25,025 bases of DNA from Bacilli bacterium. GTDB taxonomy: Bacteria; Bacillota_I; Bacilli_A; RF39; UBA660. The notes under the pieces are model-generated. The model worked only from the letters and a program-made list of their open reading frames with translations, searched no databases and had not been told where the DNA came from. Every line of letters starts with the position of its first letter. Positions within the stretch are counted from its first letter, which is position 1. The DNA is taken from assembly GCA_028708005.1 (NCBI GenBank), contig JAQVZV010000001.1:1-25025 (forward strand), written 5' to 3'. Below are positions 9,629 through 15,871 of this stretch, piece after piece. A program made the translations under genes and the position numbers.

Positions 9629-10849
9629 TGGTAAAAAAATGGTTACCCTTGTTCCCACATTGGATTTTGACTTATATTCGATATGCCCTTCGTGGGCTAC
9701 GATTATTTCGTTAGAGAATTTTACCCCTAACCCAGTTCCACTTTTTTTAGTTGTAAAAAAGGGTTCCCCAATCTTTTTTAATTGTTCTTTGGTCATACCT
9801 ATACCATTATCAGCTATTATTATAACTAATGATTTAGATGTTGTTTTAACGTTAAATTTTATTACCCCCTTTTTATCATATGGAATAGCTTCTACTGCAT
9901 TCTTTATAATATTTATAAAGACTTGTTTTAAACGATTATAATCCCCTTCAATATATTGTTCTTCGTCAATTAGGGAACAATCGAATTTTATTTTTCGGCC
10001 TTGGAATGTTAAACTTGATATTTCTAAAACATCTTGTAAAAGAACTGATATATCCATTTCTCTTTTTTCAACTTTTAATTTAGTAAGCATCATAAAATCT
10101 TCCATCAGCGTTAGAGTTCGCTCTATCTCTTGTTTAATGATAGGAATATACTTTTTTACATGATTATCATTATTAGTATCAAACATATCTAAATAGCCTT
10201 TGCAAACAGCTATAGGGTTTTTTATTTCATGTGTGATTTTGAACAAGGAATCCCTCAATTGTTTCTGATGTTCTAATTCTTTCAACGTCATATGAAGATT
10301 CATAGTTTTTTCACTTTGATCCATAAAATAACAAATTAGATGAGTAGTAACATAAAAAGATAATGATAAAATAAAAATTTCGTTGATCATATCTAAGCGA
10401 CTATTGATAAAATTATATGGTTCAATAATAATAAATGCTATTTTTATTATTGTAAAAACACTAATAATTGTTATTTTACTTTCATTTCGTCTTTTCAATA
10501 TATATATAAATATAAAGTATATTAAAAATTCAACAATAACATAAATTGGATTTATCTTTAATGAATAAACATAGTATAAACCGACACATAAAGAAAAGAT
10601 TATAATAGCAAGTTTCTTGCTTTTTAAATAGGCAATTAAAAGCGGAACAGTCAGTAACATCATTCTAATCGCAACATGAGGTGTATCACATTTAAGAATG
10701 AGATATAAAGACGTATAAAGCGCGAAGTCAAACAAGATATTTCTAGCCCTAGCACTTAAATTATGCTCACTAGTTGCAAATAAAAAATAACTAAATAACG
10801 GAAACAATATAAAAACAGAATTTAAAAACAACGTTTCTATAATATTCAT
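9611..10849 (-). CDS. Orphan membrane sensor histidine kinase, KinB-like (sporulation kinase type)
   Basis: About 5-6 N-terminal TM segments starting MNIIETLFLNSVFILFPLFSY (compare KinB MEILKDYLLHICFILFPILLY); H-box HEIKNP, N-box NIIKNAVEA, G1 DNGIGM, F-box FFTTK, G2 GTGLG; start set at ATG 10849 (GGAGG upstream); no adjacent response regulator. Confidence 0.85.
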   Translation of the reverse strand: MNIIETLFLNSVFILFPLFSYFLFATSEHNLSARARNILFDFALYTSLYLILKCDTPHVAIRMMLLTVPLLIAYLKSKKLAIIIFSLCVGLYYVYSLKINPIYVIVEFLIYFIFIYILKRRNESKITIISVFTIIKIAFIIIEPYNFINSRLDMINEIFILSLSFYVTTHLICYFMDQSEKTMNLHMTLKELEHQKQLRDSLFKITHEIKNPIAVCKGYLDMFDTNNDNHVKKYIPIIKQEIERTLTLMEDFMMLTKLKVEKREMDISVLLQDVLEISSLTFQGRKIKFDCSLIDEEQYIEGDYNRLKQVFINIIKNAVEAIPYDKKGVIKFNVKTTSKSLVIIIADNGIGMTKEQLKKIGEPFFTTKKSGTGLGVKFSNEIIVAHEGHIEYKSKSNVGTRVTIFLPLKKSF

Positions 10850-10893
10850 TCCCTCGCCTCCCATTGTCATTATAAATAGTTAAAGTGTAATAT

Positions 10894-10902
10894 TTTGTCG
10901 AA
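10894..10902 (+). promoter_or_regulatory. Spo0A box (0A box) upstream of the kinase
   Basis: TTTGTCGAA is a perfect TGTCGAA core with the extended TT; about 45 bp upstream of the kinase ATG and 21 bp upstream of a minus-strand TATAAT (10869-10874). Confidence 0.55.
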
Positions 10903-10980
10903 AAATAAACTAATTAAATGAATAATGGTGGATATTGATTTGTTTTTTGATTATTTGTCAGATATTATCCTTTCACAAAC

Positions 10981-11007
10981 AAAAAAATAATCAATGATTA
11001 TTTTTTT
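10981..11007. terminator. AT-rich inverted repeat / likely terminator after the EIIB-like gene
   Basis: AAAAAAATAATC-AAT-GATTATTTTTTT overlapping the EIIB stop codon. Confidence 0.5.
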
Positions 11008-11315
11008 AAGTCGTCGATATACTTCTTTAGCTTATGGCCATCTGTTCCTAAAATGATTTTTAATTGATTATCTATCTCCACAATCCCTTTGGCTCCTAAT
11101 CGTTGAATAGCATCTTTATTGACGATCGAAACATCCTTAAGTGTTACCTTGAATCTCGACATATTTACTTCGATGCTTATAATATTATCTTTGCCACCTA
11201 AATACTCAACCAATTTATTAGCTTCAATGTGAAAGTCTTTCTTATTAGCTTTTATAACAACCAAAGCTATTATTACTAATACAACTACTATAATTAAATA
11301 TTGTATATATTGCAT
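10998..11315 (-). CDS. Stand-alone PTS EIIB (glucose-family fold) with N-terminal TM anchor, lacking the catalytic Cys
   Basis: LGGKDNIISIEVNMSRFKVTLKD aligns with the EIIB motif LGGxxNIxxxxxCxTRLR; Cys position is Asn (codon 11163-11165); start ATG 11315 with AGGTGA RBS; TATAAT at 11333-11338. Confidence 0.8.
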   Translation of the reverse strand: MQYIQYLIIVVVLVIIALVVIKANKKDFHIEANKLVEYLGGKDNIISIEVNMSRFKVTLKDVSIVNKDAIQRLGAKGIVEIDNQLKIILGTDGHKLKKYIDDLKK

Positions 11316-11366
11316 TCTTATCACCTGTTCATATTATACTATAAATATATCTAAAATAAAACCAAA

Positions 11367-11378
11367 ATATAGGTATTC
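11367..11378 (+). promoter_or_regulatory. GerE-type binding site upstream of the cotY/Z-like gene
   Basis: ATATAGGTATTC is 12/12 to the GerE consensus RWWTRGGYNNYY, ending 7 bp upstream of the putative sigmaK -35. Confidence 0.45.
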
Positions 11379-11385
11379 CATATAC

Positions 11386-11412
11386 ACTCTTTTATTATCA
11401 ACGAATATGTTA
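11386..11412 (+). promoter_or_regulatory. Candidate sigmaK-dependent promoter (one mismatch)
   Basis: AC-16 bp-AATATGTTA (consensus CATANNNTA) 33 bp upstream of the cotY/Z-like ATG. Confidence 0.45.
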
Positions 11413-11444
11413 TTATTGAAAATAAATAAAGGGGTGGAATATAT

Positions 11445-11891
11445 ATGTGTAACAATAATACAGATTGCAAGTGCATAAGTGATATATTAAAGGTTATTAA
11501 TATTCTTCAAAAGAAAGCTTCTCGTCATGACGAGTGCGAAGATATCTGCGATCGCAGAACACTTGGTCCTACTTGCTTCGAAGAATTTAACACAAGGCCA
11601 GTTCAACTATTCTTATGCTGCAATAACGGAAATGAACCTTTAATAATGCCAACTACTAAAGGCCCAATAACACAAACAACTTGCTTTTCAGATGTATTCA
11701 GAGTAGAGAAAGTTGATGACTGCTGTGCTACTTTTAGAGTCCTAAAACAAAAACAAAAAGTAGATGGAGGAGCAGATTTGAATATAAGCTGTTGGGAACA
11801 CTTTGAACCAACTTGCTCTTTCTTTACACTCGATCTAAAATGTGTCTGCATTATTAGATGTTTAGAGGATACTTTCGTAGATTGCTTATAA
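11445..11891 (+). CDS. CotY/CotZ family cysteine-rich spore coat/crust protein
   Basis: 148 aa with 17 Cys; CISDILKVINILQ, NTRP, FRVEKVDDCCATFRVL and DLKCVCIIRCL match the CotY/CotZ pattern; GGGGTGG RBS. Confidence 0.88.
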   Translation: MCNNNTDCKCISDILKVINILQKKASRHDECEDICDRRTLGPTCFEEFNTRPVQLFLCCNNGNEPLIMPTTKGPITQTTCFSDVFRVEKVDDCCATFRVLKQKQKVDGGADLNISCWEHFEPTCSFFTLDLKCVCIIRCLEDTFVDCL

Positions 11892-11892
11892 T

Positions 11893-11922
11893 AAAGAGAC
11901 CACAAATAAATGTGGTCTCTTT
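11893..11922. terminator. Bidirectional intrinsic terminator
   Basis: AAAGAGACCACA-AATAAA-TGTGGTCTCTTT, a perfect 12-bp stem between convergent genes. Confidence 0.85.
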
Positions 11923-11925
11923 TTG

Positions 11926-12252
11926 TTAAAACCTTATATCTCTTATATCATTAATATCAATTGATTCTTCATCTATCGTTATAAGTTTGTTATTCATCAT
12001 TCCAATAATATCTTTGTGTATTATAGATTTATCTTTTAAGGTAATAATTGTGCTCATTTTATAAACATAATTAGGAGAACTAAACATTTCGTCTATCTTT
12101 TCTTTAACATCTTTAGTATTCGTCTCGGAGATATCAATATAGTCATTTCTTTCTTTCGTCTTATATTCTAAAGCCGAATAAAATACCGTATCATTGTTTA
12201 CTATTTTCTTTTCAATTTTATTGACATAAAGATCAGGCAGCTTTTTTTTCAT
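11926..12252 (-). CDS. Hypothetical protein (108 aa), candidate sporulation protein
   Basis: AAGGGTG RBS; acidic/basic soluble protein with beta-rich C-terminus; perfect sigmaK-type promoter upstream; shares a terminator with the cotY/Z-like gene. Confidence 0.75.
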   Translation of the reverse strand: MKKKLPDLYVNKIEKKIVNNDTVFYSALEYKTKERNDYIDISETNTKDVKEKIDEMFSSPNYVYKMSTIITLKDKSIIHKDIIGMMNNKLITIDEESIDINDIRDIRF

Positions 12253-12275
12253 ATATCAACACCCTTATCTATAGG

Positions 12276-12302
12276 TATTTTATGCATCATTATTTCAAAA
12301 GT
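12276..12302 (-). promoter_or_regulatory. Candidate sigmaK-dependent promoter
   Basis: Minus strand (GCA)AC-16 bp-CATAAAATA is an exact AC-16-CATANNNTA; overlapped by a GerE-like 12-mer CTATAGGTATTT (12269-12280, 11/12). Confidence 0.6.
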
Positions 12303-12354
12303 TGCAACATGAAAAAAGTTATTAGGTGTATAATATAATTATAATGGTGGTGAT

Positions 12355-13497
12355 ATGATGAAAAGTGTTTCAAAATATAAAGTTGAACTTGGCATTGTCA
12401 TTCCACTTATTCTTTTTTTTATCATAAGTATCCTGACCATCTATAGTGCTGGAAATATAATTCCCAGCACCATGGGAAACATTGCTTTAAAACAAACTCT
12501 ATGGTATATAGTGGGATTTGCAATCGCATATTTTATTATGTATATAGGTGTGGATTACTTGCTTAAATACGCATGGTTTCTTTATGGAACGGGCGTTTTA
12601 AGTCTTGTCTTATTATTGTTTATAGGAACCCCCATAAATGACGCTAGATGTTGGTTCGCCATTGGTAACATTGCCACCATCCAACCTAGTGAGTTTATGA
12701 AAGTGTTCCTTATCCTCGCCTTAGCAAAAGTCATTGATGAATTTAACACCAGCAACTCAAAGCCAACTTTGAAAGAAGAATTTTATTTATTAATAAAAGT
12801 TTTTATTATTGCAGCTATCCCATCTGTTTTGACATTTCTTCAGCCTGATACAGGCATTGTAATAATTTACTTTTTTATAACAATGACGATGTTATTAATT
12901 TCTGGTATACGATATCGCTGGTTTGTAATCATTTTTAGCATTATATTATCCATCGGAGGCATTTTCCTAAGCCTATATTTCTTTAAAAGCGACCTTTTTA
13001 TTAATATCTTTGGGACAAACTTCTTCTATAGGGTCGATCGTCTATTGGATTGGCAAAGTGGTGACGGAATGCAATTAGGTAATGCTATGACAGCAATTGG
13101 TAGTTCTGGACTGTTTGGTTTTGGATTAAAGGGAACCCCTATTTATTTCCCTGAAGCACATACTGACTTTATCTTTTCGGTATATGCTAGTAACTTCGGT
13201 TTAATAGGCTCTACTTTTCTAATTGGGTTGCTTACCTTCTTCGATTTAAAAATAATAACTATAGGGCTTAAAAGCAATCAAAATAGCAATAAGTATATCA
13301 TTGCAGGTATCACAGGCATGCTCTTATATCAACAAGTCCAAAGTATTGGTATGAATATAGGTCTATTACCAATTACAGGAATAACACTTCCCTTTATTAG
13401 TTATGGCGGATCGAGTCTTTTAAGTTATATGATTATCGCAGGTATTATCTTTAATTTATCTAATCAAACCCTAAGATTCTGGAATATAAAAAAATAA
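12355..13497 (+). CDS. rodA: SEDS family peptidoglycan polymerase, RodA-like
   Basis: About 10 TM; IQPSEFMKV, LQPDTG, FPEAHTDFIFS and GLLPITGITLPFISYGGSSLLS; overall pattern closest to B. subtilis RodA (FtsW/SpoVE not fully excluded). Confidence 0.85.
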   Translation: MMKSVSKYKVELGIVIPLILFFIISILTIYSAGNIIPSTMGNIALKQTLWYIVGFAIAYFIMYIGVDYLLKYAWFLYGTGVLSLVLLLFIGTPINDARCWFAIGNIATIQPSEFMKVFLILALAKVIDEFNTSNSKPTLKEEFYLLIKVFIIAAIPSVLTFLQPDTGIVIIYFFITMTMLLISGIRYRWFVIIFSIILSIGGIFLSLYFFKSDLFINIFGTNFFYRVDRLLDWQSGDGMQLGNAMTAIGSSGLFGFGLKGTPIYFPEAHTDFIFSVYASNFGLIGSTFLIGLLTFFDLKIITIGLKSNQNSNKYIIAGITGMLLYQQVQSIGMNIGLLPITGITLPFISYGGSSLLSYMIIAGIIFNLSNQTLRFWNIKK

Positions 13498-13517
13498 CCA
13501 CTACTGTTGGTTATTTT
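13491..13517. terminator. Intrinsic terminator after rodA
   Basis: AAAATAACCA-CTACTGT-TGGTTATTTT. Confidence 0.7.
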
Positions 13518-13586
13518 AATTTATACACGTGCCAAGACAAAGGGAGTTCTTTTAAAAGAAAACACAATACTAATTTAATAAATATG

Positions 13587-14060
13587 CTATTTAACTTTCA
13601 ATTCATCTATTTTATGAGATAACAACTTCCAGTTTTCATCATATTCAAAAAATCCATTTATTTTTTTACCTTCTAAAGCGTAATGTAGCCAATACTTATA
13701 ATCCTCAAACATTTGGTCATATGGTATCTTATCCAAATCAAACCAATATGGTTTCATCTCTTCACTTTCTTGAGGCTCACCGATCCAATTAGTGGAGACA
13801 AATAAATGAAATAGTACATTTGCTTTGGTGCCTTTATAAAATTCTACAAACTCCATTACCCCGACTTTACTATAGTCTGTTGGAGTCACCAATATTTCTT
13901 CTTGAGTTTCTCTAATCATTGCCATTTCCGGTGTTTCATCCGCTTCTAATTTACCACCAACACCATTAAATTTGCCTTCACCAAATCCTTGCTTTTTCAT
14001 AGCAAGCATTACTTGATTGTCTTTTCTTAATAGTAGTAAAGTAGTTTCAATTCTATTCAT
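13587..14060 (-). CDS. Nudix hydrolase, MutT/MTH1 (8-oxo-dGTPase)-like
   Basis: KKQGFGEGKFNGVGGKLE and Nudix box GKLEADETPEMAMIRETQEE; ESEEMKPYWF and PYDQMF typical of the MTH1-like family; GGAGG RBS. Confidence 0.85.
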   Translation of the reverse strand: MNRIETTLLLLRKDNQVMLAMKKQGFGEGKFNGVGGKLEADETPEMAMIRETQEEILVTPTDYSKVGVMEFVEFYKGTKANVLFHLFVSTNWIGEPQESEEMKPYWFDLDKIPYDQMFEDYKYWLHYALEGKKINGFFEYDENWKLLSHKIDELKVK

Positions 14061-14171
14061 CTTTACCTCCGACTTTAAGTTTACATATTTAAATATATTG
14101 CTACCACAAGCATATCATAATAATATTTAAAAACAAAGGTCCATAAATCTTTATATTTATGAATATAACAT

Positions 14172-14212
14172 AAAAATAGATTGCTTCTGAGATTGAAGCA
14201 ATCTATTGTTTT
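14172..14212. terminator. Intrinsic terminator after tRNA-Ala
   Basis: AATAGATTGCTTC-TGAGATT-GAAGCAATCTATT perfect 13-bp stem, T tracts on both sides. Confidence 0.8.
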
Positions 14213-14221
14213 TCTAACATC

Positions 14222-14298
14222 TGGTGGAGAATAAGGGATTCGAACCCTTGACCCCCTGCTTGCAAAACAGGTGCTCTAGCCAGCTGAGCTAATTCCCC
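14222..14298 (-). tRNA. tRNA-Ala(TGC)
   Basis: GGGGAATTAGCTCAGCTGGCTAGAGCACCTGTTTTGCAAGCAGGGGGTCAAGGGTTCGAATCCCTTATTCTCCACCA: full cloverleaf, G3:U70 Ala identity pair, TGC anticodon, encoded CCA. Confidence 0.97.
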
Positions 14299-14363
14299 AA
14301 ATATGAAAAGGTTAAGTAGGCTCAAAACCTTCTCTTCACCGCAACTTTAATAGTTGCGTTATG

Positions 14364-14392
14364 ATTATAACATAATAAAATTGAAAAAACAA
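14364..14392 (-). promoter_or_regulatory. sigmaA promoter of tRNA-Ala
   Basis: TTGTTT-17 bp-TATAAT with extended TG (TGtTATAAT), minus strand, just outside the IS target duplication. Confidence 0.65.
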
Positions 14393-14403
14393 CATCATTT
14401 TTA

Positions 14404-14418
14404 ATTATCTTTACTTAA
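14404..14418. repeat. Left target-site duplication (15 bp)
   Basis: ATTATCTTTACTTAA is identical to 17310-17324 and abuts the IS left end. Confidence 0.92.
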
Positions 14419-14450
14419 CGTTAGTTTTTATTTGGAATTCCGTTTTAATG

Positions 14451-14479
14451 TAGAAAACTGAAATAAGTGTGGTTATAAT
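14451..14479 (+). promoter_or_regulatory. Resident transposase promoter (copy 2 at 15904-15932)
   Basis: TAGAAA-17 bp-TATAAT, followed by an AAGGAGG RBS. Confidence 0.6.
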
Positions 14480-14518
14480 AAGATTTATGTTTCTTTGCCA
14501 TGAAGGAGGATAAAAAAA

Positions 14519-15649
14519 ATGAAGGAATGGAAACATTTATCAATAGATCAAAGAAAAGTTATTTCCTCAGGAATATCTCATAATTATAAATTAAAAAATA
14601 TTGGTGAAGCTTTAGGTTTTGATCCAACGAGCATTTCAAAAGAAGTTAAAAGAAATAGAATTGCTATTACTGTTGGACTAAATATAAATAATTGTAAAAG
14701 AGTTAATAGGTGGCCTTATGTTTGTTCTGGATGTAATAAAAGATATAATAATTGTCCATTTACTAAGTATAAATACGATGCACAGTCCGCACAAAGGAAA
14801 GCTGATGTCAATTTAATTAACTCTAGAAAAGGTTTAGATATTGACTCTGATACTTTTAAAAAGTTAGATGAAACTATTAAAGAAGGTATTGAAAACAAGA
14901 AATCTCTTTATCAAATAAAAATAGAAAACAAAGATAATATTGATAAATCTATAACTACATTATATAGATATGTAAATAATGGTTATTTAACTACTAAAAG
15001 AATGGATTTACCTTATGCAGTTACTTATAAAAAAAGGAAGCACAATAAAAAGTATGAATACTCCGAAAATAACAATATTGACAGGAGTGGTCATACTTAT
15101 CTTGATTATCTGGCTTATTTACATAAGCATCCAGGAATCTACGTCTGGCAACTAGATTTCCTTGGGTCTATAAAGACAGATAACAATAATATTCTATCAT
15201 TTATGTTGCCTAATTTGCAATTTATTATTATAGATTTGATAAAAAGTCCAAATTCAGAAAAAGTAGTTTCTTTTTTTGACAATCTTGAAGAAAGAATTGG
15301 AATCGATGCATTTATAGAATTAATCCCAGTTATTTTAACAGATAGAGATCCTAACTTTACAGATATTAATGGGATTTGTTTTTCAAAAGCCACTGGTGAA
15401 GAAAGATGTAAGTTATTTTTCTGTGATCCATATGTATCTAATCAAAAACCAAATGTAGAAAATGTTAATAAACAGCTTAGATTATTTTTCCAAAAGGGAA
15501 AAACAATAGATAAATATCAAAAAAAAGATATTAAAAACATAAATCAAACACTACTTAATAGACCATTAAAATCTTTAGATGGAAATACTTCAAAAGAAGC
15601 ATTTATTAAAGTATTTGACGAGGAATTATTTAGTAAATTGTTTAATTAA
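14519..15649 (+). CDS. IS30-family transposase (376 aa)
   Basis: N-terminal KHLSIDQR...SISKEVKRN HTH; DDE triad in WQLD, ILTD and QKPNVENVNKQLR (IS30 signature QKxxxExxNxxxR). Confidence 0.92.
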   Translation: MKEWKHLSIDQRKVISSGISHNYKLKNIGEALGFDPTSISKEVKRNRIAITVGLNINNCKRVNRWPYVCSGCNKRYNNCPFTKYKYDAQSAQRKADVNLINSRKGLDIDSDTFKKLDETIKEGIENKKSLYQIKIENKDNIDKSITTLYRYVNNGYLTTKRMDLPYAVTYKKRKHNKKYEYSENNNIDRSGHTYLDYLAYLHKHPGIYVWQLDFLGSIKTDNNNILSFMLPNLQFIIIDLIKSPNSEKVVSFFDNLEERIGIDAFIELIPVILTDRDPNFTDINGICFSKATGEERCKLFFCDPYVSNQKPNVENVNKQLRLFFQKGKTIDKYQKKDIKNINQTLLNRPLKSLDGNTSKEAFIKVFDEELFSKLFN

Positions 15650-15856
15650 TTAAACAATTTGTTGGCAGAGAAACAAAGTACCAAAACGGAAGTAAGTTTA
15701 AAAAACGGACTTTAGTCTGTTATTTTAGCGTGCGATGATATTAAAACTTTTATATAAATTAAAGGACTTATTTCCGTTTTTGTTATACTTTTTCGGAAAT
15801 AAGTCTGATATTCTAATATTTTTATTGAAAAACTGCATTTACTCTAAAAATTTACG

Positions 15857-15871
15857 CATTTTTTTAGGAAC
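15857..15871. other. 15-bp IRR-IRL junction spacer CATTTTTTTAGGAAC
   Basis: Only sequence between the two IS copies; same length as the TSD but a different sequence. Confidence 0.85.

Larger units (their letters stand above)
14419..15856 (+). mobile_element. IS30-family insertion sequence, copy 1 (1438 bp)
   Basis: Boundaries from the exact repeat with 15872-17309 (offset 1453); imperfect terminal IRs CGTTAGTTTTTA.../...TAAAAATTTACG; one transposase ORF. Confidence 0.92.

Noticed and set aside
10956-10962. Second 0A-like sequence TGTCAGA upstream of the kinase
   Set aside because: Two mismatches to TGTCGAA; expected by chance
13894-13958. Nudix box ends EEILV instead of EExGU
   Set aside because: The catalytic Glu residues are intact; variation at this position is common, so not evidence of inactivation
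14222-14418. Idea that the IS or an island integrated at the tRNA-Ala 3' end
   Set aside because: The IS is about 120 bp upstream of the tRNA 5' end; no duplicated tRNA fragment and no integrase
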